Virus record (IMG/VR): IMGVR_UViG_3300013830_000002
Coordinates: 32,001-96,000 of that record
Length of the DNA: 64,000 nucleotides
From: a virus
Taxonomy: Duplodnaviria > Caudoviricetes
Reading direction: 5' to 3' (one strand)
Part shown: in pieces, positions 9,348-20,698 of the stretch
How the letters are laid out: each line of letters begins with the position of its first letter
How positions within the stretch are numbered: the stretch's first letter is position 1
Notes under the pieces: model-generated
What the model saw: only the letters and a program-made list of their open reading frames with translations
What the model was told of the DNA's origin: nothing
Databases searched by the model: none
Program-made: the position numbers and the translations under genes

Positions 9348-10178
9348 ATGAAATTACTTCATCAATCAATTGAATTACTTCCTCAAGAACAAAATCTTGA
9401 GGAAGTTTACAAGAAAATAGAGCTTGTTGGAAGAACCTGTTATCAATCAGAATCTCATATAGGAGAAAAGCCTGCAAAGGATTTTGTTGACAGGATGATT
9501 AAGGCTCAGCATTTCTCTCCAGTAGAACATGGTACAATTTATCTTACTATACCTTATGGCTCAGAGGAAGTTAGTTGGTATGATAAGAACCCGTTTTCTA
9601 GAGTAACTTACTCTAAGGTAATAGATACTGGAGAAAAAAGAGCTCATATAACTACTAATCTCAGAGTTATTGCCGAATCTGGTCGATGGCTAGATTTAAA
9701 AAGGTACAGTTGTGCATGTTCTGAATTTCACATGAGAAGAGTTACTGTAAAGTGCATTACAAACAGACAGATTGCCAATGAGCTTGTAAGACACAGAGCC
9801 TTTTCTTTTATGCAAGAAAGTACCCGTTTCTGTAACTACTCTAAAGAAAAATTTGGTAATCATCTTACATTCATTATTCCTTCAAATATTCAAACTGACG
9901 ATGATATAAATCAAGAAATTTTAAATGCTTGGAAAAATACTGAGATGTCTTATCTGAAAGTAACTAGTGAATTTCATGCAAGACCTCAAGATGCAGCTCA
10001 GATTCTTCCATTAGGATTAAAAACCACAATTTATATGACTGGTTTCTTAGATGATTCAGGATGGAAGAATTTTATGAGTCTTAGATATTTTGAGAGTACT
10101 GGTCCAGTCCATCCTCTGATGAAGGAATTAAGCACTCTTATTTATAACAAAATGAAAAAAGAAGGATGGATTTCTTAA
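9348..10178 (+). CDS. thyX: FAD-dependent thymidylate synthase ThyX, canonical copy
   Basis: GRTCY, HFSPVEH, ELVRHRAFSFMQESTRFC (RHRx7S signature). Confidence 0.93.
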   Translation: MKLLHQSIELLPQEQNLEEVYKKIELVGRTCYQSESHIGEKPAKDFVDRMIKAQHFSPVEHGTIYLTIPYGSEEVSWYDKNPFSRVTYSKVIDTGEKRAHITTNLRVIAESGRWLDLKRYSCACSEFHMRRVTVKCITNRQIANELVRHRAFSFMQESTRFCNYSKEKFGNHLTFIIPSNIQTDDDINQEILNAWKNTEMSYLKVTSEFHARPQDAAQILPLGLKTTIYMTGFLDDSGWKNFMSLRYFESTGPVHPLMKELSTLIYNKMKKEGWIS

Positions 10179-10269
10179 GGACTCTTCTTATTGATTTTCC
10201 AATCTTGCTGATAGTAGTGCTTGTCACAGGTGCTATTAGGTCAAAATTGGAAGGAAATTTTATTTGGTA

Positions 10270-10395
10270 ATGGATAAGAATTATATTTTAGATTTGTATA
10301 AAAGTGGCTTGAATGTTGAAGACATTGCAGACGAAACAGGATATGAGGAAACTAAAATCCTGGAAGTAATAGATGAGTACGAAGGATTGGATTAA
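10270..10395 (+). CDS. 41-aa HTH-like protein
   Basis: MDKNYILDLYKSGLNVEDIADETGYEETKILEVI; below ORF-track cutoff. Confidence 0.5.
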   Translation: MDKNYILDLYKSGLNVEDIADETGYEETKILEVIDEYEGLD

Positions 10396-10543
10396 ATAAA
10401 AGCAAATGAAAGATTGTTCATACTTTGTTATCCTTTCAATTTAATGGCCTTTCATCAGGAATTTCCTGATGTAATGGTTCATAAGAATTCAATGGGAACA
10501 TTACTTTATATGCCAGATTTAAATAATAATAAGAAAGAAAGAA

Positions 10544-11416
10544 ATGAGTAAAAAATTTGATTGCTGTTTTTGGACTGACGGGTCATACAGGCCTTCTAAA
10601 AATACCGGTGGAATAGGGGTTATTGAAGTCATTGATGGTAATGTAGTCTGGAAGCACTCTGAAGGATTTACAAATACTACCAATAACAGAATGGAAATGA
10701 GGGCATTGATAGTTGCTCTTGAACAAATCACCGAGCACATGAACTCAGTGATTATCTATTCTGATTCGCAGTATTGTCTTGGCTGTATCAACAAAAACTG
10801 GAAACGGGAGAAAAATACTGAAATGTGGCATGAGTTTGATGCTGCTCTGCATAGAGCACATCAGAAATGCAAATATATATCATTCAGGTATACCAAAGGA
10901 CATGATACAGATGAGTTCAATAACCTTGTTGACAAACTTGCAACTGAAGCAAGTGCTACTGTGACAGAGACTGCAGAAGTAGACAATGTAAACAAACTTG
11001 CAGTAATCCTGTGCAGGGGTATTCAAGGCTCAGGCAAGTCAACATGGGCAAAGAACTATTGCAGTGAGCATCCCGGCACAATAAGAGTAAATAGGGATGA
11101 TATAAGGGCAATGTTCAGTCAGAAATGGTCAAAAGAATTTGAGGAAATTGTCAAGCATACCGAGCTTCAGGCTTTACAGAAAGCTCTGTCTGTAGGTTAT
11201 AGTGTAGTAATCGATGATGTCTCGAACATGAGCTCATACACTATAAAGAACATTAAGTCTATTGTTCCTGAAGGAGTGAAAATCATCTATCAGGATTTCT
11301 TTGATATTTCTCTTGAAGAGTGTATTGAAAGGGATTCAAAAAGAGAACATCCAATAGGTGAGGAAATAATCAGGAATACTTACGAAAGGTATAAGGATAT
11401 TATTGATAAAAAATGA
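10544..11416 (+). CDS. RNase HI fused to a P-loop polynucleotide-kinase-like domain
   Basis: WTDGS..TTNNRMEM..YSDSQY..KGH..FNNLVDKLA, then GIQGSGKST..NRDDIR..ECIERDSKR. Confidence 0.9.
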   Translation: MSKKFDCCFWTDGSYRPSKNTGGIGVIEVIDGNVVWKHSEGFTNTTNNRMEMRALIVALEQITEHMNSVIIYSDSQYCLGCINKNWKREKNTEMWHEFDAALHRAHQKCKYISFRYTKGHDTDEFNNLVDKLATEASATVTETAEVDNVNKLAVILCRGIQGSGKSTWAKNYCSEHPGTIRVNRDDIRAMFSQKWSKEFEEIVKHTELQALQKALSVGYSVVIDDVSNMSSYTIKNIKSIVPEGVKIIYQDFFDISLEECIERDSKREHPIGEEIIRNTYERYKDIIDKK

Positions 11417-11598
11417 TAGAACAGGTAACATTGTATGCTATTAAAACTCCACAAGGCTGGGCAACTCCTAATCATAGAGACACTAACCGTATTCAAAATG
11501 CCCAGTTTTATGGAAGGATTGGTACTGCTAAAACACGTTCAGAAGTTAAATATGGACAGGGAAAAGTAGTACCAATAAAGGCAACTTTAGAATACTAA
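11413..11598 (+). CDS. hypothetical protein
   Basis: 61 aa, ATGA overlap with upstream gene. Confidence 0.55.
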   Translation: MIEQVTLYAIKTPQGWATPNHRDTNRIQNAQFYGRIGTAKTRSEVKYGQGKVVPIKATLEY

Positions 11599-11601
11599 AA
11601 T

Positions 11602-12762
11602 ATGCAATTTGAAAAAGCATGTAAAAGACTCATCATCAGGGATGCCTTTTGGGGTATCCTGATGCTGGGGCTTAATAAGGAACATACAACAAAAGTAGAA
11701 ACACTTGCAGTTGCTAAGGAAGGAATTGGCTTAAAGCTTCTTATCAATGATGATTTCTGGAACTCATTAAATGATGCAGAACAAACAGCAATTCTGTTAC
11801 ACGAATTACATCATATTTGCTTTGGGCACATGCTTATGAGTCCAGATTTTCCTGACCATGAAAAGTTCAATTTAGCTTGTGATGCAGAAGTCAATCAATA
11901 TATTGAAGGACTTCCTCAAAACGATGGTCATGTTGATATTAAGCTACTTGGTCTGCCTGAAAAACAAGGAGCAAAATGGTATTATGAACATTGGCCAAGC
12001 AAACCAAAAGCCAGTGGTGATGGAAGTGATTCAAGTGGAAGTAGTGACGGTGAATTTTCACCCAACTTGATTGATGACCACTCTGCTTGGAAAGAATTTG
12101 AAAGAGCTTCTGATTCTCAAAAAGAGTTAATTAAAGCTCAAGTAGAAGGAATCATCAAACAAGCTGCTGAACAGACTCAAAAGTCAAGAGGAAAAATACC
12201 TGCTTATCTTAAAGAATATATTGATAATCTGCTTAAAGAAAGACCACGAATATACAACTGGAAAGCACAGTTCAGAAGAATGCTTGGAACTGAAATAGAC
12301 ACTACTATCAGAAGAACTCATAAAAGAGAGTCAAAAAGATTTGATTTTTCACCAGGAATTAAATTCAATCGAAAGATAAGTATTCTAGTAGCAATTGATA
12401 CTTCTGGCAGTGTTTCAGATGAAGAACTCTCAGAGTTTTTCAGCGAGATAATGTATATCAAAAGAGCAGGTGCAAAGGTAACTGTCTTAGAGTTTGATGC
12501 TGATGTTCATAGCGTTTGGGAATTCAAAGGATTTCAAAATATAAAAATTACAGGCAGAGGAGGAACTGATTTTGAACCTCCTGTTGATTGGTATAGACAA
12601 CATAGAAAAGATTATACTATGTTTGTAATGTTTACTGATGGTTATGCTCCAATAAACAATTTAAATGTTCCAAATAACAACATGACATGGGTTATAACTT
12701 CTTCTGGAGAAAGGAAGGATTATCCAGGGAAAGTAATCTATATTCCTGCTAAAGAAAATTAA
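11602..12762 (+). CDS. DUF2201-type metallopeptidase + vWA domain protein
   Basis: LLHELHH (HExxH), NLACDAEVNQ; MIDAS DTSGS..GRGGTDF..FTDG. Confidence 0.9.
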   Translation: MQFEKACKRLIIRDAFWGILMLGLNKEHTTKVETLAVAKEGIGLKLLINDDFWNSLNDAEQTAILLHELHHICFGHMLMSPDFPDHEKFNLACDAEVNQYIEGLPQNDGHVDIKLLGLPEKQGAKWYYEHWPSKPKASGDGSDSSGSSDGEFSPNLIDDHSAWKEFERASDSQKELIKAQVEGIIKQAAEQTQKSRGKIPAYLKEYIDNLLKERPRIYNWKAQFRRMLGTEIDTTIRRTHKRESKRFDFSPGIKFNRKISILVAIDTSGSVSDEELSEFFSEIMYIKRAGAKVTVLEFDADVHSVWEFKGFQNIKITGRGGTDFEPPVDWYRQHRKDYTMFVMFTDGYAPINNLNVPNNNMTWVITSSGERKDYPGKVIYIPAKEN

Positions 12763-12792
12763 GATGTTTAATTATAATTTTTACAACAAAAA

Positions 12793-15488
12793 ATGAAAGA
12801 ATTAACATTAGGAGAATTCTCTAAAATCTTAAGTTACATGATTGATAACAATCACAGACTTATTGATGCTGGGGATACCCCAATTGCTGTTAATATTGAA
12901 GGTGAAGCTGGTATAGGTAAAACTTCCGTAGTTGAGGCAGTAGCAAGAGAAAAGAAAATGACATTCGTAAAAGTCTGTTTGAGTCAGATAGAAGAGACCG
13001 CTGACCTTGTTGGATTTCCATACAAGGAATATCTTATTAAACTTAACGGAGAAGAGAAATGGATTTCTGCTGATTTATTAAAGGACATGAATTGTGACTT
13101 TGAAACTACAAATAAATCACGAATGTCTTATGCAGTTCCTTCTTGGGTTCCAACTGAAGAAAATCCTAATGGAACTATGCTGGTTTTGGATGATTACTCG
13201 CGTGCTAGTTCTATGCTATTACAAGCTGTGATGGAGCTTATTAATACTGGTTCATATATTTCATGGAAGCTACCAAAGTACACTAATATAGTCCTCACTT
13301 CAAATCCTGATTCGGGAGAATACTCAGTTCAGACCCTTGATAATGCTCAGAAGTCTTAAAATTTAAAATGTAATAAAATCTAGAAAAGGGACCAAATAAT
13401 TGCTGTTAGTACTTGTTATTTTTAAAATAAATCGGTATTATTATCATAGATAAATTATATAAATTCTAATAATTATATTATGATAATAGACAAAATATTA
13501 AATTATAAACAAGGTATATATGGCTTATTTATAGCTAACCATATTTATGTAGGTAGTTCCATTAATTTAGGGGCAAGATTACGTAGTCATAGAAATTATC
13601 TACTACACAAGAAACATGATAACCAGTACTTACAGAGAGCAGTTAATAAGTATGGACTTAACATGCTGACATATAAAATTCTGGAATTTTGTCCAGGAAT
13701 ATCCATTATGGATTTAAGGAAAAGAGAACTTTACTACATTAATTTATACCATGCCGACCTGAATCTAAAGAAGGACCCTACTACAGAACAAAATTGTCTT
13801 ACCACAAGTAGGACAGTTTACTAGTATGACTAGTATGGGCACCTAGTATAGAAATGGGTATCCATAAGTGAGGCCGCTAGACATTTTAAAGTTAATGTAA
13901 GTAATATTGTATGTTGTTGTTCTAAACCAAAACGATAGCAGTGGTGCAAAGGATTTTTGTGGTCTTATAAATATCCATATCCATTTAAACTTCCTTAGCT
14001 TATTTATTTATTTAATTTAGATGGAAAATTTGCTGGAGAATATACATCTACTTCACAAATAGCTGAAAAAGTATTTTCTGATATAGATAGAAAAACTGTC
14101 TTATCTCAACTTAAGAAAAAAATAGACTCTGGTATACCATATAAAGAGTATTATCTTTCTACCTCAAAAACATTCTCGGTAACAAAAGATATGTTAAAAC
14201 GGCATCCAGTTAAACAGCTATAGATGATTATTTAGATACCAATCCGACAATCTATATTTATAATAAATAGAGTGAGCTTATAGGTATATCTAAATTTAAT
14301 GATTTAAAACATTCTCATATAATCAGAATTAGAATAAAAAATGGTACTTCATATAAATACTCTCTAGTTAAGCGTGAACCAGGAACATTTCAATCCCCTA
14401 CTAGGAGATTTAAATGTAAAGTTCAGGATAGATTTACTGGAGAAATTTTTATATATGATACAACGGCAGAAGCTGCAGTAGTTCTCTTTAATGATAAAAA
14501 ATAGTTAGGTAATATCAGAAAACATGTTAAATTACATACTCCTTTTAGAGGATATTATTTTTGGGACTTATAAAATTCTGTGAATTGCTGGAACATCCTT
14601 AGAGCCTCTACAGTACATTAATTTTAATTAAAAAACTTTGAAAAGTTAGAGGATTGGACAATCAGCAGCCAAGTCTATCAGGGATGGTAGAAAGGTTCAA
14701 CGCATAATACACACGGTCTAGTTCAGACTATGAAGTAACACGAGTGCAGAACCCTATTTTATAGGTGATGATATATGCTGAACTGTATAGAAATATACAG
14801 AAATTGAGATAAAAACCTCAATGATAACATAATGCGACTTGTGACCTTTAATGGTAAGTTCGATATTCAACAGTGGGCTAAATGGGCAGAGAATTTTGGT
14901 ATTGATGGTAGGGCAATTAACTTTGCTCTCTATTATAACACAGAATTATTTGAACCTAAGAATAATGTAGTTGTTGCAAATGCAAGAAATTACACTACTT
15001 TCTGTAGGGCAATTGCTGGACTTCCAAAATGGAATGATGAGAAGACTCTTGAAATAATCCTTGAAATTGCTTCAGGATGCTTTCTTGACAAAGACCAAGT
15101 AGTTGGAACTCTCTTCACTCAGTTTATCAATAACAATCTTGATAAACTTATTTCACCAGAGAGGCTTCTTAATGGTGAATGGGAAGTAGTAAAGCAGGAA
15201 ATTCTTAACTGTGTTTATGCTAATGGTAATACAAGCTCCTATAATTATAAGGCAAATATTGCAAATATTCTTGGAACTCGTTTCATGAATTATTGCAATA
15301 AGTATCTTGGCACAGACAAAGCTGACTCAAAGAAAGTTGCAGACAGGATTGATAAGTTTGTTACTTCTGATATTCAGCTTTTCAGTCAGGATATTATGTA
15401 CAATATAGTCAAGACTATATGTAGCAATCATACAAGTCTTACAAACAGATGGTTTTTAAATAAGAACATTAGACAAATAGCAATCTGA
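12793..15488 (+). CDS. MoxR-like AAA+ ATPase, spliced (exons 12793-13356 and 14835-15488)
   Basis: GEAGIGKT, LVLDDYSR, LTSNP. Splicing restores LDNAQKS|RLVTFNGKFD, including the probable arginine finger. Confidence 0.88.
13413..13457 (+). promoter_or_regulatory. putative promoter for the intron endonuclease
   Basis: TTG-N20-TATTATTATCATAGATAAATTA; near-identical motif in the RNAP intron. Confidence 0.55.
13480..14573 (+). CDS. intron-encoded GIY-YIG endonuclease with NUMOD1 repeats (TAG=Gln; frameshift near 14215)
   Basis: GIY..YVGSS..R..H. Reading through TAG gives VY*YD*YGHLV*KWVSISEAARHF (NUMOD1). The C-terminal part continues in another frame to TAA at 14571-14573. Confidence 0.82.
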
Positions 15489-16672
15489 TGCAACACAACA
15501 AACTTAGTCTTTATGGATATGAAGGATATTAGATAATACCCTTCACTGGTTATTTCTTTAACAAGGACAACTGGAATCGTAGTTCATATCGTACAAAATT
15601 CATTTAGGATTATGGGATAGTCTGGGCAGGAAGAAAGTCCTGTCCGTTTATCCTCAGAACAGAAATTTCCAAAGCTATCATAGAGGCTTTAACCTCTTAT
15701 AAGGATAAAGAAGAAAAATTTATGAAGCTTGATGCTGTAAAGGGTAAAGAGTATATCCCAAAACAGGGAGATACTCTTTATTTTGACAAAAAATGTAAAA
15801 TTCCAAGAATAAAAATTGAGGGAATCTGGAATCGGACTACTAAAATAGAAAAAGCTGATATTGTAGTTATTCCCAAGATAGAGGGCTATCAGAAATTAAG
15901 TGACTATCTTATTTTCTGTGATGAAAATGCAAAGGTTTTATATCTCGGAAATGTTGACTCGAAGCTAAGTGACCACCTATCAGAAGGAATGACAATACAG
16001 CAGCTCCACAGTATTGCATTTCTTGGAAGTTCCTTTGCAGGCAACAGGGCTGCTGAAGACGAAAATTATCAAAGAGCAAAGGCATCCAAACTTATCTATA
16101 AAGGTGACTTGGTTGCTTTTCCTGAAGGCAACACTTATGCTTATGATATAATTGATGGTATTATACCTAAATTTATCTTTGAAAATAAGCTGATTTCTCT
16201 AATAGACCGGCCTGATGAAAAATTTGACGCAGAAGCTGTTGATGGAATAATCTCATTACTGGAAAGTAAGGATGATGAGTCTGTAAAAATGGGAATGAGA
16301 ACTTTGGCCAATATGGATTATACTCACTATATCAGTATTGCAAGATATATTTTGCATAGAACTGAGCATAACTGGAATAACCATAAGCCTTTCAATAGTG
16401 CTGCTAATTTTATGCTTGACAGCATCTACAAAGGAACCAGGTCAACAACACCTTTCTCTGATGTTACAAAGGAAGAGTTTGAGTTATGTAAGCCTATTAT
16501 TGAATCAATAATGAAAGGTGAGCTTAGGGATACTGTTAGTTATCTTTGTGACAGTACAAATTTAAAGCTGGATTTTACATACGATGTGAAGGTCAGCTAT
16601 CCAGAAAATAAGCCTGATAAGTCAGGATTCTCTGATGAAGATGTAAAGGAAATGTTTGAAGGAGTGGAGTAA
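15488..16672 (+). CDS. hypothetical protein, third gene of the vWA/ATPase operon (2 TAG=Gln)
   Basis: ATG at 15488 overlaps the ATPase stop (TGATG); in frame with 15722 through TAG codons 15 and 40. Confidence 0.75.
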
Positions 16673-17481
16673 TGAAATTCATTGATAATAAAGTAATACT
16701 TTTGAATCCTTCTGGTTTTGAAAGTGCCTTACCTAAAATTTCTGCAAACAAGAATGTCACAGATATTTCTAACAATAAGACACTCTCATTAGCTGTAGAT
16801 TATCTGAGAATTCCATTAAAAGAATTCGATGAAAATCAAATGTTTGAAAATTTCATGTGGGATGTTGAACCAGGTATAAGAATAATCAAAAAACCTGATT
16901 TTGTGTATATTACAGCTTGCCAGAATCTTATTACTCATAATCTTGAGAAATACAAGATAAATGCAATGCTTTATCCTGATAACTTTGAAAAGTTTTATAC
17001 ATTTAAGGTAAAATGTTCTAAGAAAGCATTCAGGGTAATGGAAGAATTGCATGAAAAGCTCACAATAGAGTTATTTACACTGTATGCTCACATAGATTAC
17101 AAGAAACCCCTCGAAGTTATTCCACCAAAATTCATCACTGATGAAGTTGAGAATACTGAGTTCACAGAAGAGGATGTTGCTCCTGACAGGGTAATCATGA
17201 CAATCATGCAGAAAAAATATTCTGCTGAAACCATGATAGCTGCAAGCAACTATATTGCAGAAGAAGCCTGCTTTAAGCAGCTTTGTACAATGCACCCAGA
17301 TAAACATTCTGAATATGAGGAATCTCTTTTATCAGAACAAATTTCCCTGACTGTATATGTATCAACCTGGGAAAGTGAGATATTACAAAAACATGATTCT
17401 ATCAGAAATAAGGAAGTCCTGCAAATATTGGATTCCATGAAAGAAGCTATAACTGAGAAGAATAATGATAAAAACAATTGA
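16672..17481 (+). CDS. probable catalytically dead ThyX paralogue
   Basis: Collinear with 9348..10178 by eye (DYLRIP~IYLTIP; KFYTFKVKC~RRVTVKCIT; LEVIPP~LTFIIP) but lacks RHR and ESTR. Confidence 0.55.
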   Translation: MKFIDNKVILLNPSGFESALPKISANKNVTDISNNKTLSLAVDYLRIPLKEFDENQMFENFMWDVEPGIRIIKKPDFVYITACQNLITHNLEKYKINAMLYPDNFEKFYTFKVKCSKKAFRVMEELHEKLTIELFTLYAHIDYKKPLEVIPPKFITDEVENTEFTEEDVAPDRVIMTIMQKKYSAETMIAASNYIAEEACFKQLCTMHPDKHSEYEESLLSEQISLTVYVSTWESEILQKHDSIRNKEVLQILDSMKEAITEKNNDKNN

Positions 17482-17722
17482 AAAATTTGGGGCAACATGG
17501 TGTGGGCCCTGTAGACAATTGGATAAGGTACTACTTGAAGTACCCGACACTATTAAAGTTATTCATCACGATGCTGATGAGGAACCAGATTTATTCGATG
17601 ATAAGAAAATCAGGAATGTGCCTGTGCTTATTTTTGAAGATGAAAGTGGTGCTGAGAAAGAAAGGCTTACCGGAGCAGTACCATACTCAAAAATTGACGA
17701 AATCATTAAAAAATATGCCTGA
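17465..17722 (+). CDS. thioredoxin-like protein
   Basis: FGATWCGPC, cis-Pro motif NVPVL. Confidence 0.92.
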   Translation: MIKTIEKFGATWCGPCRQLDKVLLEVPDTIKVIHHDADEEPDLFDDKKIRNVPVLIFEDESGAEKERLTGAVPYSKIDEIIKKYA

Positions 17723-18050
17723 TGAACAAACTTGTTAGATTTCATTAAGTCTTTATAACAGGCTTAGAGAGCTTGGAATTATTGACTCTTCAGACACGAG
17801 AGAGGCAAATGCTGGTACAAGCGATTATTCCAAACATACTATACAACCCTGGTCAATATGGATTGACTATAAACTTAATCCATTTGATGCTGATATAGTA
17901 AAAAGAATCCTCAGGAAAAAGGGTAATACCCATGAGGAAATAAGAGCCAACAGAAAACTGGATTATCAAAAGATTATTCATATCTGCAAAGAAAGACTAA
18001 GACAATTGGATTGTAATTATGAAACAGAAAAAAGACAAGTGGAAGGATGA
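17715..18050 (+). CDS. DUF3310-related protein (TAG=Gln at codon 8)
   Basis: NAGTSDYSKHTIQPWSIWIDYKLNPFDADIVKRILR..DYQKIIHICKERLRQL; missed by ORF track. Confidence 0.7.
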
Positions 18051-18168
18051 TTCTGATGAGCTAAGGCAACCTAAGCATCGTAAAATCAAGGAAAAAAGGC
18101 ATCATAAACCATCAATTTATGATGACTTTAATGATGAATAGTATGATGTAAATGGAAAATTCTATTAA
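18019..18168 (+). CDS. small charged protein (1 TAG)
   Basis: MKQKKDKWKDD..IYDDFNDE*YDVNGKFY. Confidence 0.4.
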
Positions 18169-18182
18169 ATTTTAACATAAAA

Positions 18183-18256
18183 AAGCTTGGTTTATCTGTA
18201 GAAAATCGGTATGATTGAAACTACTCCTTGTGGTATTTTACAGATAAACCAAGCTT
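18183..18256. repeat. perfect 18-bp inverted repeat overlapping a putative nrdD promoter
   Basis: AAGCTTGGTTTATCTGTA (18183-18200) / TACAGATAAACCAAGCTT (18239-18256); TTG(18187)-N20-TATGATTG(18210). Confidence 0.8.
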
Positions 18257-18314
18257 ATTTTTTAGATATTTTAAAACAAAAACAGATGCTTATCAAATAC
18301 AAGTAAATTATTTT

Positions 18315-20507
18315 ATGAGCAATCAAATCAATGTAGTGAAAAGGGATGGAACACATGTCCCCTTTTCTTATTAGAAAATTGAAAATGTGTTAGTAAAAGC
18401 CTTTAATGCAGTAGGTAAAAATCCAGTACCGACAGAATGGTTGCAATCTCTTCTTGATAGTATACACATCAGAGATAACATGCCAGTTGAAGACATTCAA
18501 ACAGAAGTTCAAAAAGCTTTAATGAAGCATGGATGTTACAAAACTGCTGCTGCTTATATTGCTTATAGAGAAGAGCATAAAAATACCAAACTTATAAGAG
18601 ATAAAATCAATTATATCTTGAAGTATAGTGCTTCATCAGGAAATGCGGCTACAAATTCAAATACTGATGCTAATGCCAATAACTCTGTAAAGAATGTTTC
18701 TTCTATTGAACCTGAAGTATTCAAGGACAAAAACAGACTTATTCAAAGACAGCTTATGAAGGATACTTTGAGTAAACTTTATCCTGAATCTGGTTTAGGA
18801 AAACAATACATTGAAGATTTAAATAATCATATATTATATCCCCATGATGAATCTTGCTCACCGATTCCGAAGGCATACTGTGGTGCATATACTTTGTATC
18901 CATTAATACAAGAAGGTGTGGGAAATATTGATGCAGTAACTCCTACTTCACCTAATGATATTCAATCATTTAGTGGTCAAGTTACTAATCTTATTTTTGC
19001 TCTTTCTGCACAAACTAAGGGGGCTGTCGCCGTTGGCGACTACATGATAGCATTGAATTATTATGTTATTAAAGAGTTTGGTCCAAAGTGGTATGACAAG
19101 CTTGATGAAGTCATCTGTAACTCTAATGTAGTTGATGCTAATAAGAGAACTATCAGGCGTGAAATCAAGAAGGGAATGAAACAATTCATATATGGAGTCA
19201 ACCAACCGCAAGGCAATAGAGGATTTCAGAGTCCGTTTACAAATATAAACATTTTCGATAAATATTATTTTCAATCTATGTTTGGGGAGTTCTACTATCC
19301 TGATGGCACCCAAGCTGAATGGAAAGCAGTTGATACTTTGCAAAGAATTTTTGTTGATTTGCTTATAGAAATCAGGACAATAAAACCCTGCACATTTCCT
19401 GTAGTTACTTTTGCACTTCTATATGATGAAAACGGATATAAAGACAAGGAATATGAGCAATTCTGTGCCGATGAGTGGGCTAAAGGAAGCAGCCACTTCC
19501 TGTATCACAGTAACAATGCAGATTCTTTAAGTTCCTGCTGCAGGGTTTCCAACAAAATTACTGAAAATACATTCAGCTCTACTACTGGTATGACAGGTGT
19601 AATGACTGGTTCCTGTAATGTCATTACCCTTAATATAAACAGAATAACACAGGATTATTTCAGAAGTATAACTACCAAGGAAGGAATTGAGAATGAAAAG
19701 AAATATCACTACCAGGGATTGCAAAACTACATTGCAGAAATCCTTGAAAGAGTATACAAGTATCATATTGCATATAAGACAATGTTGTATGAGCTTGAGG
19801 AGCAGGGAATGATTTCATATAGTAAAGCAAACTATCTTTACATTAAGAAACTTTACTCAACCATTGGAGTACTTGGATATTATGAAGCTGCTAAATTCTT
19901 GGGACTTGCTGACAACAGTGACGAATATGTTGATTTTCAAGCTTCCATAATGGGAAGAATCTCCAAAGAGAATAAAGCACATAGTATATATGATAAGAAA
20001 CGTCCGTTTATATTTAATCTTGAAGCTGTTCCTGGAGAAAATTTAGGAGTAAAACTCTACAATTGGGATAAAGCAGATGGATATACAGTCCCTGCTGACC
20101 AAAATCTGTATAACTGTTATTTCTTTAATCCTTGGAAGGAAAATAATGTTCTGACTAAACTGAAAATGCATGGTGGCAGAATTAGTGCTGCAAGTGACGG
20201 AGGGCAAGGATGTCACATTAATCTTGACACACACTTGTCATCTAAGCAATATAAGCAAATAATGGCTGCCGCCAGAAAATATAAATGTAATTACTTTACT
20301 TTCAATATACCTATTTCGGAATGCAAATCATGTGGCCATGTAGTAAATGGCCCTGTTGACAAATGCCCTATATGTGGGTCTACAGATATTGATTATTGGA
20401 CACGAGTAATCGGATTTCTAAGACCTATATCCACATGGGGTAAGGAGCGTCAGGATGAATTCTGGAAAAGGTATTTTGGAAAAGAACGAATACATCCAAA
20501 CAATTAA
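18315..20507 (+). CDS. nrdD: class III anaerobic ribonucleotide reductase with ATP cone (TAG=Gln at codon 20)
   Basis: True start MSNQINVVKRDG (ATP cone); SSCCR; CxxC..CxxC; glycyl loop TRVIGFL. Confidence 0.95.
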
Positions 20508-20518
20508 TTACTTTTACA

Positions 20519-20698
20519 ATGGAAAAAATCAAGACATTCAGAGGCTCAGATATAACTGAGCAAGTAAATGATTTCATAGAGAAGTATGTTGATACTTTGG
20601 TTTATATAAAATATAAACCATTAGTTGCAAATTTTTCTACAGCTGTCGTTGAAACTGCATTGCTTGTTTACATTCCAAAACAGAAATCAAATGAATAG
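20519..20698 (+). CDS. hypothetical protein, apparently ending at TAG
   Basis: 59 aa; ATGAATAG overlap with the next start. Confidence 0.5.
   Translation: MEKIKTFRGSDITEQVNDFIEKYVDTLVYIKYKPLVANFSTAVVETALLVYIPKQKSNE

Larger units (their letters stand above)
13357..14834 (+). mobile_element. group I self-splicing intron carrying a homing endonuclease in L1
   Basis: Exon ends in U (TCT|TAA); intron ends in G (..ATAATG). Core: GAATTGCTGGAA (P), AATCAGCAGCCAAG (Q), GGTTCAACGCATA (R), GATATATGCTGAAC (S). IGS TTGGGACTT at 14561-14569 pairs with AAGTCT|TAA. Confidence 0.9.

Noticed and set aside
14832-15488. Independent 218-aa gene
   Set aside because: It is exon 2 of the ATPase; the G of the ATG is the intron's terminal G
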